Shown piece after piece: positions 11,021 through 23,740 of a stretch of DNA of 64,000 nt. Source of the DNA: Camelus dromedarius (taxonomy: Eukaryota). Positions within the stretch are counted from its first letter, which is position 1. The number at the start of each line of letters is the position of its first letter. The translations under genes were made by a program, and so were the position numbers. The notes under the pieces are model-generated. The model was not told where the DNA came from. It ran no database searches and saw only the letters and a list, made by a program, of their open reading frames with translations. Where the stretch lies: contig NC_087437.1 of assembly GCF_036321535.1 (NCBI RefSeq), positions 25,422,001 through 25,486,000 of the forward strand. Reading direction: 5' to 3'.

Positions 11021-12902
11021 GAAAATCACTTTCTAAGGGCTAAAATTATTTTATTTATATGTATATATTTATTTATAGTAAATAAATTTTTAAAAATGCT
11101 TTTCTCTATCTTAAGTGTGATTGAGACTCCTTATTAACTCAAACTGATTTACAGATGTTTAAATGGCTTCCTCAACAAAAAACTGGTAGCGAGTAGCAAG
11201 AGGACACAAATTCATGTCTTTTGAGTCTAAGTCTGTTATTTCTCCCCAATATGATGTCTCAGAGAAAGCCTTCAAATTCACTAGTAATTCAAGTCAACCC
11301 TATAGCCAATAACTGGTGACCCTTAGCATTGATAGTTTACTTTCTTTGATATTTTGATTTAGCATTCATATTTATATAGGGTGTGTGTGTGCGCATGCAA
11401 GTGATTATTTTAAAAGTTAAAAATTTTAAAATCTCATTGAGGTGGCACTAATTAAGTCATCTAGATTTAGATGCTAGTCTGAACCAAGCTTTACCTTTTT
11501 ACAACCAGAAAAAAGTTTTTTAATCAAACTACTACAATATAGAAAGCAAATCAAATTAAGACTTTCATGTCTTATTGTCCAAATAGAGTTCCTTGTCTTT
11601 AAAAATTTAAGTAATTTCCACTCTTCTACTATAGTCAAGGCAATATTGTTCAAGAAATCTTTAGCAATTCCTTGGATCTGACTTCTCGCAGAATTCCTGT
11701 AGCATAAGGTAGAATTATAAACCATTTTGCATTCTTAGCTGTTTCTTATAAATAACTTCCCGATCAGAATTTAAGCTCCTGGAGAGCAAGACGGCTACCT
11801 TTGTTTTGGCTAGAATTCTCCACACCCCCTAGGCTAGGAACTACATAAGATGGTTGATATTTGCGGTATGTATGAGTTCTTAGCAAAGGCAAGTTCTCAG
11901 CAAATAAGGGGGATGGTGGGGTCAGTTGATCAATGATGCAAGTTGTAAATTATCCATTTAGTAAAAAAATAGCCATGCAGAACTTGTAGTTAGAAACAGC
12001 TTTCTAATGGCAGAAGTTATTTTACTTCATTGTGAGGTAATAAAATCACATTTCCTTATCACAATGTGTGATTCAGACTTATTCCTAATTCAGATTGTCC
12101 TTGCATCTAATTAGTAGGTTTTGTTTTTATTTTGTTAACAGATGTATAGCCAAATTCCAAAGATGTATCTTTTTTTAATATTCATTTAAACTATTCTCTG
12201 CACATCACTGAACTCAGCATCTTGTAATTCTTATAACTATTATGGAGCATGCAATTGGCTTCTTTTATGAAGAACTGAAAATAGGAAATTATCCTGTTGA
12301 AATAAAGACTTGAAACTCTGGAGAGAGTTCTGTCATTGCTTTCCATTTCACTTGGTATCTTTACAGTGTGGTGATTAGGTTATTTGAAAACTTCCAAATC
12401 AGCATAAAGAAACCAGAACACTCTGTGTTCTGTCAGAGACACTTATAATGTCTCTCTGATTTAAACTGTATGCCCTGAGGGCAGCAATAGAGGTTTTTCT
12501 ATCTTGGATAAAATATAGCTCAGGCACCAAATAATATATAATAAAAGTAATGACAGCACTTCCTCATCTCCTGTTAGCATTTGAAACCACATCAAGGAGA
12601 CAGTGTCTCAGGAAATTTTTTTTAATGTTCATTTGTCTTGAAACATACTGTACTCCTTCCTTTAGAACATTTTATATATATTTTGGTTCAATTTGATAAA
12701 ATACTATTATAGTACTTCTAAAGTTAGAAACCACTTGGGAAAATGACCTTTATATAGATTGGTTTACTTATCTTCCAAGGTCTTGTTTCCCCTTTATAAA
12801 AAGTGTTAGATAAAGCTACAGGCGAAAAAATGGACCTCTGTATGCAGACCCTGACAGTACTCCCCTGCCTCACACAACCCCAGCCTTATCTCAGAAGAAT
12901 GA

Positions 12903-13492
12903 TGTTTCTGTTACTATTGCTGCATAACAAATCAGCCCAAAATTTAATGGCATAAAATAACAACTAGTTTCTTATGCTAATGGATCCTGTAGGTGTGGGC
13001 AAGATTCCTCCGGGATGGTATATCTCTGCTCTATGTCTGGGGACATGAAGAATCTAAGGCTAGGGAGTCAGGATGGCTGAGGACTGAAATTATCTAGAGC
13101 ATCCTTATCTCAACCTAGCTGGCACCTGAGCTAGGATGACATATACTGCAACTGTCAACAAGAGTACCTACAAGAGCTCTCTCTACATGGCCTGACTTCC
13201 TTGCCACATGGCCATCTTACAGGGTTGCTGGATCTCTTACCTGGCAGCTGAAGAATCCAAGAGATAGTGTCCAGTGAATAAAGTAAAAGCCACTTAACTT
13301 CGTACAACTCAGCCTCAAGAGGCTCACTTCTGCTGTACTCTATCAGTCAAAGCAGACTCAAAGCCCAACCAGATTCAAGAAAGGGGAATAAAACTCTGCC
13401 TTTGAATGGAGGAGTAGCAAGTTTGCGTTGTAAAGGAGCACGTGCAACAGCTCATATGGTGTGGCCATCTCTGGCAAACAAAATCTGCCACA
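12903..13492 (-). mobile_element. MaLR solo LTR (MLT1 family)
   Basis: Starts tgtttctgttactattgctgcataacaaatcagcccaaaatttaatggcataaa (reverse MLT1 end), contains cccaaccagattcaagaaagggg, ends ctgccaca. Confidence 0.85.
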
Positions 13493-13809
13493 AACAGACT
13501 CAGTCCTTCGTTTCTCTCTTTGCTGGCTGCATGAGTGGAACTTGCTTAATGAAGGGGTCTTGCTTGGCTGGGTTGCCTTTTTATCTCCCATATCAATTAG
13601 CACTTGCTACATTTAGCACTCAACAAATGTTCACTGAACCTGAATTGGAATTAATCCCATTAGTCTTTTCTATGAGGATGCAGGCAAACTTTCAGTTAAT
13701 ATCACAAGAGAAAATTTGTGTGCCATTATGAAAATGATGGTGAATATTAATGTGCCAGTTATCTCAGCTGTAGGCATAAAATGGCATTAAATTCATGTAT
13801 CAGTTTCCT

Positions 13810-13990
13810 AAAGAGTAGGGCTGCTTAGCACAGATACTGAAGTGAGGCATGCTTATTTTTCAGTCCTTGGTACACCACCTACAAAAGTGTGTCCTTGATA
13901 AAGTTATTCACTGAGGTTCAGTTTCCTCATTAGTATAATGAAGAAAATGCCACTGACTCAAAGGCTCATAAGTGAGCACATCTGCAAAGC
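13810..13990 (+). mobile_element. MIR SINE
   Basis: gtgtgtccttgataaagttattcactgaggttcagtttcctcattagtataatg. Confidence 0.7.
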
Positions 13991-14164
13991 CAGCTTGGAA
14001 AAGCTGTGCTCAAGATTAGAGACGAGTGGGGTATGATAACTGTCAACCAAGGATACAGATAAAGATCTATTTATCTGTTTATCTGTCTATACATCTTTAT
14101 ATATGTATACATCTACCTAGACAGAATCTAAATAGATAGATATAAAGATTTATAATTTGTTCAC

Positions 14165-14231
14165 CCAGAAGGTATGTCTTTTCTAATTTTCACAAAAGCA
14201 TCGTATGTGCTACTGGAGGCCCTTGTCATAT
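14165..14231 (-). other. Candidate 67-nt exon (xMTRASSSTYDAFVKIRKDIPSG)
   Basis: Acceptor (ttttg)n...ttttacag and one open frame. The donor GG|gtgaac is weak, and read-through meets TGA immediately. Confidence 0.25.
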
Positions 14232-15528
14232 CTGTAAAAAACAAACAAACAAAAACAAAAACAAAAACAAAAACCAAGCAAGCACCACTATGAATATGAC
14301 TGTTAAGTGCATCAGTATCTCCCCATTTTGCCCATTCAAATAGCCAATGTAGCCTGTATACAGTGAAAAACTCATACATATTTAGTACCAAATTTGGGTT
14401 ATATTACAATGAGGTTCCTGAACTACATTATCAATAGTCACTATTCAACTATATTATGTATGCCTTCTACTATGCTAGAATACGTCAATTTTTAGAAATG
14501 CATCAGTTGTCTACTAGCTGTGAATACATGACATCCATCTTGGAATTCATTTTCTCAAAATCTTGAGATAAATGTAAGCAAACGTCCAACTACACTCTCA
14601 ACAAATGAGTTAGGGTATGTGATTCTTCACAGTGAATTTACATTTTTAGGCCAGGGTAACATTTTTCACAGATGTTTAAATTTTGTATATGAGAAGATGA
14701 GAACTAGAGACACTCCTATAACCGATACAAGAACAAGGGGCCCTGTATCCCAATCGTGGGGAGGAATTTGGCTTCTGTGATTCTATTTGCACCAATATTA
14801 AAAACCAAAGTCGATCAGAATTCAAAATGGGTACTTTTGGTGCCCATTAGAGAGCACCAGTGTAGCTTGAAATCATCACCTAATGGAACAAAAGGCATTC
14901 TGGATCTTAGGCTAATTACTGAACCATCTTGAGTGTACATTAAAAGAGCTAAGAGTTTGCTCAAAAGGAATTACAAGTGGCCATTTTCCAAAGAAGAGTT
15001 CACACAAAGACACACACATAAACTGAAATCTGCTTTTGCTGCAAGTAAGGAACGTGTTGGTGCAATTTGCTACACTGTATTTCCTCTCCATGCAACAGCA
15101 AACATCTCTGCCTAACGTTTATCTTGCTAAAATGTCTAATCTGCAAATTAACATTGAATTATCAAGTTAGCTGGAGCCAGCGAAACAGAATCTTTTATTT
15201 CCTATGCTTGAAATAAGAATACTTCCAATAAGATCAACATAAACTCTGTCTTCTCCCATAGGAGTTTCAATTAAGAAGGCAAATCCCCACCCACCTCCAC
15301 TTTAAGCTCTCTACCAAACTCTCTACCTTAAAAGTGTGTTCGCATTTTAGTTACAGCCTTTGGCCCTGGGGTTCTGAGAGCTTTGTCTATGTCACATGCA
15401 TAGCACATTTATAAAGATAGGAATTTTTTGTTCTTGTTAAATATATTTCAGCTCCCTCTTCTCTTCCTTCTCTGTCAAAATTAACTTTTTGATCACCTGA
15501 TCATCTGCTCAATAAGTAACAATTGTCA

Positions 15529-15873
15529 GGGCTTGGGGTGGGGAAAATGGGGAGAGGCTACAAATTTTTAATTCACCCTAATTATAAGATGAGTAAGGTC
15601 TGAGGATCTATGCTAATGTATAGCATGGTGGCCATAACTGATAATACTGTATTGTATAACTGAAATTTGCTAAGAGAGTAGAGCTTAAGCATTCTCACCA
15701 AAAAAAAAAAAAAAAAAAAGAAGAAGATAAATACATGAAATGATGGATGTGTTAATTAACTCAATTGTGGGAATCCTTTCACAATGCATAATATATATCA
15801 AATCATCCTGTTGTACACTTTAAATATATTACAATTTTATTTGTCAATTATATCTTAATATAGCTGGAAAAAC
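15529..15873 (+). mobile_element. 5'-truncated L1 3' end (L1MA8/9-like) with a degenerate 18-bp TSD
   Basis: tgaaatttgctaagagagtagagcttaag...ttgtacactttaaatatattacaattttatttgtcaattat. Flanks aataagtaacaattgtca (15511-15528) and aataattaatagttgtca (15874-15891) match at 15/18. Confidence 0.9.
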
Positions 15874-18419
15874 AATAATTAATAGTTGTCAATTCATCTC
15901 TGTCTCCCATAGGTCATTAGAGAAATAAAGGCAGAGATTTTTCTGGTGTCACAATGCCTAACCCAGGTTTATAGCTGGCCTCTGTTTCTTTCTTTTGTGA
16001 TCTAGAGGACCAGAACTTCCCCCTCACCATCCTTTCCCCGCTACCTGTCTTGGAGGAGGGGCAGATCAGGACAAAGTTCCCTTTCTCTGGCTCAAATTTT
16101 GCTTTACCTCTCCTTATCTAGATCGTAACACTCTGGATCCCAAGGGAGATTTAAAAAACTATCCTTAACTAAAACATCTCAGCAAGAACTTGAAACCTGG
16201 AGAGTCTGATGTAGGGAACATCTTTCCTCTAGTTTAGCAAATGAACTCCTTTTAGCCCCACAAGGGTCAAGGTCTGATGGCTTATCCCAAGTGTTCTCCA
16301 TGTTTCCATAATTTTCTCCTGTCTGCCTCCCTCCAAAATTCTAGCCCTGAACCCTTCCCAGCCCTTTCTCTCTTGTGAGGTACCACCCTTTCCCACAGGA
16401 CATTGACTATCCATCCCCCAGTGCTGATTTTGGTCTTACAAATACATTTTCCATCTGAGGTGTTTTCCAGACATTTGCAGTTTTTTTCCACCACCCCCCA
16501 CCCCCGGTAGCAGAGGAGTGACCTCCGAGTTGAGGGAGAGGAGAAAAAAAATATGGTGATGTTCTTTCACTCCAGGCTGTGGCTGATTTTATTATAAAGT
16601 GCCTAAAATCAATCACATCTTGGCACCATAGGGATTAATTTCCTCCAAAGAGCATCTTTAGTCTCAAACTTCTACTTTTCTGCTACTAATGACCTTGATA
16701 TTATTCCATATGAAATAAAACCCTGGCCTTGTTATGCTCCTCTCCTACCCCGAGTTTTATTACGAAGTACTTCCATATTTAATAAAGACGTTTCTTTCTG
16801 AGGCACCTAGACAAATGGTCCATACTCAGAACACCTCTCTCTGGTCTATGAGGTTTCTAGCATTTACTATAAAACTAGAAGGGAGTTGTGCGTGGAATTT
16901 TAAGTCATCCTGCAGTTCCTGAAGGAGTACCTACAACTCTTTCTGGATCCATATTAGCATTATAGAATTTTTAAGATGTTAAGGCCATTTGTGGCTTTTT
17001 AATTCCTAGTATGTTTCATACCGTTCCTATTAAACACATTGGCTAGAGTGGTGAAAAGCCCAGCGCTCAGATAACCCAGCAACATCTCCTAAACTCATAT
17101 TGACTCTAGAAGCTCTTATAATAGAACAGCCCAACAAATAAAGGAACTCTGAATATATTTTTTCTAAATGGTCTGCCAATAAAAGACTGGAGGAGGATTT
17201 TCCAGGATTGACAGATAACCATATATTATCAAATGTGTAATAATATAGCCATGAAGTCTACCATAATTCTAAATGCACTTATACTAGACATGCTTACAGC
17301 TACAAGAAAAATAAGTGCAACGTAATAAAAGTATTTCATAGGAACATTTAACTTCTCAGAATTCAACACTGTGCTCTATGCAAAAGAGGAGGAAAGAATC
17401 AGGGAGAGAGAATGATTTAAATTTATGTAGCTCGGAGGCTCCATCTGTCCTTCCTCTCAAAGAGTGGGTGCCTGATGTAAGTTTGAGAAGGGAGATAGGG
17501 AGCAAAGATCTGCTCTTTACTCAGTCCTGCTCATGTTGGTGAGATCTCCCTGCACCTTAAGGCGTGCTTAAAGCTACCTCTGACTAGATGCAATCTTTCC
17601 CTTACACCCAGTAGACCTCAACCCAAGGAAGTAACAGGCTCCTCCAAATAATTTCACTTCCTCCCCATCCAGCATCCTGAGGACTCCAGGTGGCGCTGCT
17701 GCCCAGAATGGCTCTGAGGGGGCCACTCCAGTCCCTCTTTCAAGGAACCCATGCTACTTGTACTGGCTCACACTCCAAAAAGCTTCACCTTTGTGAAGTT
17801 TTCCATTGTTTTTCCAATGGGAGATAAGTTTATGAAATAGTTGACAATGAACTGGATTTTCTGCAAAAAAAAATATTAAAAATGGAAATACGTTAAACAG
17901 AGTTTTTTTGTATGGGTGATCTTTTTTTCTATTACTTTTTATTTTTCTAAATTTCTCAGTCATAGTCACAGAAGTATTCACTTCTCTGGCAACATAAAAG
18001 ATAAAATTAAAAAAAAACTTAGAGTGATTTCCTGGACAAATCTAAATGTTTGTTGTTTATGTTATATATGATATTCCCTTGATCTAAGTAAAAGTAATCA
18101 ATAAGGGTTTTCTAGAGAAGGAATAAGACAAGTTTTTTTTATTATAAAATTTTAAGAAAAGAATTACGACAAGTTGTCAAGAATGTATCAGAGAAGAAAT
18201 TTAGTAAAACAGTAACAATCCTTTATTTTCACAAATTCATGCCTAATTCTGAATTAATAAAAAAATCAAAATAATTGATCCTTAACTATAAGATTTTCTT
18301 TATTTTAAAGCAATGGAGAATAGATTAAAATTAGCCTGTTGCCTTGAGCTAAAATTTGGCTTTACTCTTATCAAAGTCATCATTATTTTCAGATCATCAC
18401 TTTGAAAACAATGAAATAG

Positions 18420-18960
18420 GAATGGAAAAGGAATAGTTACTGAGTACCTATTATAGGCTAGATGTTAGGTGTTTAGATATTTACACACATTATTTTCTTT
18501 GACTTTACTAAGAACCCATAAGTATTATCCTTGCTTTACAGCTGAATGAAGAGAAGCTTAGAAAGATTAACTTTACCAGGGTCATGTAACTAGTAAATAC
18601 AAGTGACAAGATTCAAAACAGATTGTTCTGATTCAAAGCCTTTCCTAGAAACCAAAATGAAAGCAAACAGTATATAAATAGTAACCTATTTTTGAGATTA
18701 GAATCAAGATAAGATAGAGGTAACTTAATACATTTTTGCCTTAGTAATATTTTGAATCGAGTGCTTTCAGGAGAATACTGCTTAAATACACGTGTATCCT
18801 TTCATTTTCAAATTTGACAGGGGAAGTAATGATAAGAGCAAATAATATTTTTTTTTAGTTTTTACTACATTCCAGGCACTGTTCTAGGCACTTTAAATGA
18901 ATTAACCCATTTTATCTGTATAGCAACATCATCAGATAAGTACTATCATCGTTTATATTT
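18420..18960 (-). mobile_element. Two MIR SINE fragments (about 18420-18640 and 18850-18960)
   Basis: gttactgagtacctattataggc...ccagggtcatgtaactagtaaat; ccaggcactgttctaggcactttaaatgaattaac. Confidence 0.7.
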
Positions 18961-19514
18961 AAGGAAAAATTATGAGGTTGCTGAAGACACAAGATGTCTT
19001 TCAGATTAATGGGTCAGAAAACTGTGCTTACAGAACAACCTGAACTTCACGAGAAAAGATTCTGCAAGGATTTGAATCAGCCACAAGGTTAACTGGGCCC
19101 TCCTATTCCTAGTTTCAAGCATGAGGGAATACATTCAACAGTTCAAAAGAAATCTAATTAGTAATCTATGATCCATGAGACATTTGATCACTAAAATATC
19201 ATACACATTTAAGAGTGACAACCTTCAACATTTTTGTTGTTTATTAGCCATTAAATGTCTTTCTGGAGGTCAGTAGCATTAAATATTTTTGTGTCTATAA
19301 ATACTTCAAAACCCAATTAGCCTTCAAAGATGACTGCTCTGATAAACTTGTGAATGTCTTGAGGTAGGTTAATGTTTTATCTTTCTTTTAGAGGGCAATT
19401 CAAGGAGTGCTTTTATTGCTGTAGTTGTGTTATTTGAGCCTGTGATGTAGGTTAATCTTTATAATAAACTTATTCAAAATGTTTTAATTTGGAAGGAAAT
19501 AAAGTGGTAATTAG

Positions 19515-20523
19515 CGAGTCTAAAATAAACCCACACATATATGGTCAATTAATTTACGACAAAGGAACCAAGAATATACAATGGGGAAAGAACAGTGTCT
19601 TAAATAAATGGAAAACTGGACAGCCACATGCAAAAGAATGAAACTAGACTACCATCTTACACCATACACAAAAATCAACTCAAAATGGGTTAAAGACTTG
19701 AACATAAGACCTGAAACCATAAAACTCCTAAAAGAAAACATAGGTAGTAAGCTCCTTGACATAAATTTTGGCAATAATTTGGGGAGGGTATAGCTCAGGG
19801 GTAGAGTGTGTGCCTAGCATGCACAAGGTCCTGGGTTCAATCCCCAGTACCTCCATTAAATAAATAAACAAATAAAAATCTAATTACCTCCCCCTAAAAC
19901 AAAATTTTAAAAAAATTTTGGCAATTTTTTTTTAAATCTGACACCAAAAGTAAAAGCAACAAAAGCAAAGATAAACAAGTTGACTACATCAAACTAAAAA
20001 ACTCCTGCACAGCAAAGAAAACCATCAACAAAATAAAAAGGCAACCTCTTGAATGGGAGAAAATATTTGCAAATCATGTATCTGATGAGGTGTCAATATC
20101 CAAAATACATGAAGAATTCATACAACTCAATAACAACAACAACAAAAAAGTAGACGAATTAAAAATTAGGCAGAAAATCTTAATGAACATTTTTCCAAAG
20201 AGGACAGGCACATGAAAAGATGCTCAGCATCATTAATCATCAGAGAAATGCAAATCAAAACTACAACAAGATAACACTTCACACCAGTAATAATGGCTAT
20301 TATCAAAAATACAGGAAATAAAAAATGTTAACCAGGATGTGGGAAAAAGGGAATCCTTGTATCTGTAGGTGGGAATATAAACTGGTGCAGCCACTATGAA
20401 AAACAATATGGAGGTTCCTCAAAAAATTTAAGAAAGAACTACCACATGATCCAGTAATTCCACCCCTGAGTATTTATCTGAAAATGAAAAGGTAAATGCA
20501 CCACCATGTTCATTGCAGCCCTA
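19515..20523 (+). mobile_element. L1 ORF2 C-terminal region / start of 3'UTR, hosting a Vic-1 SINE and abutting Tigger1
   Basis: ORF 19608-19793 [45 protein letters not shown] is typical L1 ORF2p. Confidence 0.95.
19781..19912 (+). mobile_element. Vic-1-type camelid tRNA-derived SINE with TSD
   Basis: ggggagggtatagctcaggggtagagtgtgtgcctagcatgcacaaggtcctgggttcaatccccagtacctcc (A and B boxes), then (taaa)n, ctaattacctcccc and an A-rich tail. aaattttggcaat is repeated at 19763-19775 and 19913-19925. Confidence 0.9.
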
Positions 20524-20525
20524 TA

Positions 20526-21275
20526 CACATACCCTGGGAATATTGTGGGTTTGGTTCCAGACCACTGCAATGAACTGAATTTCTCAATAAAGTGAGTCAC
20601 ATAGATTTTTTTGGTTTCCCAGTGCATATAAATGTTATGCTTATACTATATAGTCTTTCAAGTGCAATAGCATTATGTCTAGAAAAACAAGGTACATACC
20701 TTAATTTAAAAATACTTTATTGCTGAAAAAATCCTATCATCTGAGCCTTCAGTGAGTCATAATCTTTTTGCTGGTGGAGAGTCTTGCTCAGTGCTGGTGG
20801 CTGCTTACTGATTACTGATCACGGTGGTTGCTAAAAGTTGGGGTGGCTGTGGCAATTTCTTAAGATAAGACAACAATAATTTTTGCCACATGGACTGACT
20901 CTTCCCTTCACAAGTGATTTCTCTGTAGCATGCAATGCTGTTTGATAGCATTTTACCCTCAGTGGAACTTCTTTCAAAATTGGAGTCACTTCTCTCGAAC
21001 CCTGTCACAGCTTTACCAACTAAGTTTATGTAGTATTCTAAATCCTTTGGTGTCATTTCAACAGCCTCACGGTATCTTCACCAAAAGTAGATTCCATCCC
21101 AAGAAACCACTTTCTTTTTTCATCCACAACAAGCCACTCCTAATCCATGAAAGGTTTATCGTGAGATTGCAGCAATCCAGTCACATTTTCAGGCTCCACT
21201 TATAATTCTAGTTCTTCTGCTATTTCCAACACATCTGCAGTTACTTATTCCACTGAAGTCCTGAAACCCTCAAAA
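20526..21275 (-). mobile_element. Tigger1 DNA transposon, 3' part (TcMar-Tigger)
   Basis: TA followed by a TIR-like end (cataccctgggaatattgtgggtttggttccagaccac). ORF 20805-21056 [28 protein letters not shown]...KKLPQPPQ matches the Tigger1 transposase C-terminus. Confidence 0.93.
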
Positions 21276-21469
21276 TCGTGTCCTAGGAGGTGCTGCTGCA
21301 GCCCAGGAGGAGCTGAGAGAGAGCTATACAGAGGCTGAACTACCTCTTCTCTATTTTTCCCCTTGACAGAAAAGTTTAACATTACGCAGATGTTAACATC
21401 TCCTTATTAGACTTTTTACATTGAACAAGTATTTTAATTAAACAATTGAAATTTGTGGTAACATGACGT

Positions 21470-23740
21470 TTTTCCAGTTTTATTGAGAAATAACTGACAT
21501 ATGTTGTTGTATAAGTTTAAGGTACACTGCATGATGGTTTGATTTACATATCTTGTGAAATGATTACCACAATAGGTTTAATAATACCCATCTTCTTATA
21601 TAGATACAATAAAAAGAAAAAAAATTCTCCTTGTGATGAGAACTCTTAGGATCCACCCTCTTAACAACTTTCCCATGTATCATACAGTAGTGCCATTATT
21701 TTGTATATTATATCCCTAGCATTTATTTATCTTATAACTGGAATTTTGTACCTTTTGACCACTTTCTTCCAATTCTCCCTCCCTTTACCTCCCACTTCTG
21801 GTAACCACAAATCTAAGCTCTTTTTCTATGAGTTTGGCATTTTTGTTTTGTTTTGTTTTTAGATCCCACATATAAGTGAAATCATACAGTATTTGTCTTT
21901 CTCAGTCTGACTTTCATCACTTAGCATAGTGCCCTTGAAGTCCAACCATGTTGTCACAAATAGTAGCATTTCCTCATTTTTTACAGCTGAGTAACATTCC
22001 ATATTATTCTTCTTGATTCACTCATCCATCAGTGGACACTTAGTTGTTTCCACGTCATGGCTATTGTAAATAACACTTCTATGAACATGGAAGTGCAGAT
22101 ATCTTTTTCAGTTAGTGTTTTTGTTTCTGTTGGAGATATTCTCAGAAGTGGAATTGCTGCTTCATATGGTAGTTCTGTTTTTTATTTTTTGAGGAACCTA
22201 CATACTACTTTCCATAATGACTGTGACCAATTTACAATCCCACCAAAAGTGTTTAAGTTTTCCTTTTTCTCCGAATCCATGTCAGCATTTATCTCTTGTC
22301 TCTTTGATGATGGCCATACTAATAGGTGTTAAGTGAGATCTCAATTTGGTTTTAATCTGCATTTCCCTAGTAACTAGTGATGCTGAGTATTATTTCATAT
22401 ACTTGTTGACTATTTTTATATATCTTTTTTGGAAAAACGTCTATTCAGGCCCTTTGCCCATTTTTAAATTGGATTATTTGTATTTTTGCTATTGAATTGT
22501 GTGAGTTCTTTATATATTTTGAATATTGACCCTTTATCAGATACAAGATTTGCAAATATTTTCTCCCATTGCACAGATTGTCTTTTCTCTCTGTTGATGG
22601 TTTCTTTTGCTGTGCAAAATCTTTTAAGTTTGATTAGTCCCACTTGTTTTTATTTTGTTGCTTGTGCTCTAGGAAATCACACCTAAACCATATTTTTTGA
22701 CAAGTTTATTTAATCTAGCATTGTAGAAAAGGCACAGCGCCAATAAATGTATCATTTGAATTTTTTTTTAAAAGGAATTTTTTTCCTATGTTTTCTTTTA
22801 CGAGCCGCATAGATTCAGGTATTACATTTAAGTCTTTAATCTATTTCCAGTTAATTTTTTTGAATGGTATATGATTAAGGTCAAATTTCATTCTTTTACA
22901 TGTGAATAGCCAATTTCCTGGGCACAATATATTATCTTTTCTCCACTGAGTATTCTTGGCTCCCCTGTCAAAAATGAGTTGACCGTATATGCTCGAATTT
23001 ATTTCTGGGCTCTCAATTCTGTCCCATTGGTCTAGTTTGTCTGTTTTTATGCCAACACCATACTGTTTTAATTACTACAGGTTTATGGTGTAGCTTGAAT
23101 TTAGGAAGTGTGATGCCTCCTGCTTTGTTCATCTTTCTCAGGATTTCTTTGGCTATTCTCAGTCTTTTGTGGTTGCATATAATTTTTAGGAGTGTTTATT
23201 TTTTCTGTAAAAAATGCCATTGAAATCTTGATAGGGATTGCATTAAATCTATAGATGACTTTTGGTAGTACTGACATTTTAAAAATACTAATTTTTCCAA
23301 TCTGTGAACACAGGGTACCTTTCCATTTATTTTTGTCTTCTTCAATTTCTTTCATAAATGTCTCGTAGTTTGAAGAGTAAAGATCTTTCACCTACTTGGT
23401 TAAATTTATTTCTAAGTATTTCATTATTTTTACTGCTGTTGTAAATGGTACTGAATTTTTTATTTCTTTTTCAGAAAAATCATTATTAGTGTATAGAAAC
23501 CCTACTGATTTTTGTATGCTAATTTTGTATCCTGCAACCTTACTGAATTCACTGATTAGTTCTAAGAGTTCTTTGATCGAGTATTTAGGATTGTCTATGT
23601 ATAATATCATGCCATCTGCATATAGAGACAGTTTTACTCCGTCCTTTCCAATTCTGATGCTTTTTATTTCTTTTTCTTGCCTGATTGCTCTAGCTTGGAC
23701 TTCTGGTACTATGAAGGATAGGAGTGGTGAGAGTGGGATA
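21470..23740 (-). mobile_element. 5'-truncated L1 (L1MA9-like): 3'UTR plus ORF2 including part of the RT domain
   Basis: ORFs 23392-23817 (PLSPLL...[32 protein letters not shown], a decayed FADD motif) and 23101-23391 (RFNAIPIKI). 3' end ttccagttttattgagaaataactgacat at 21470. Confidence 0.95.

Noticed and set aside
19781..19853. tRNA-Ala-like gene with A and B boxes
   Set aside because: It is the head of a SINE: followed by a SINE-specific tail and flanked by a TSD inside an L1.
20805..21056. TIGD1-like gene
   Set aside because: Only a decayed C-terminal Tigger1 transposase fragment next to its TIR.
21280..21345. GC-rich 60-bp stretch at the Tigger1 breakpoint, vaguely like ruminant BovB/LTR 5' text
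   Set aside because: Too short and too dissimilar to assign without a search.
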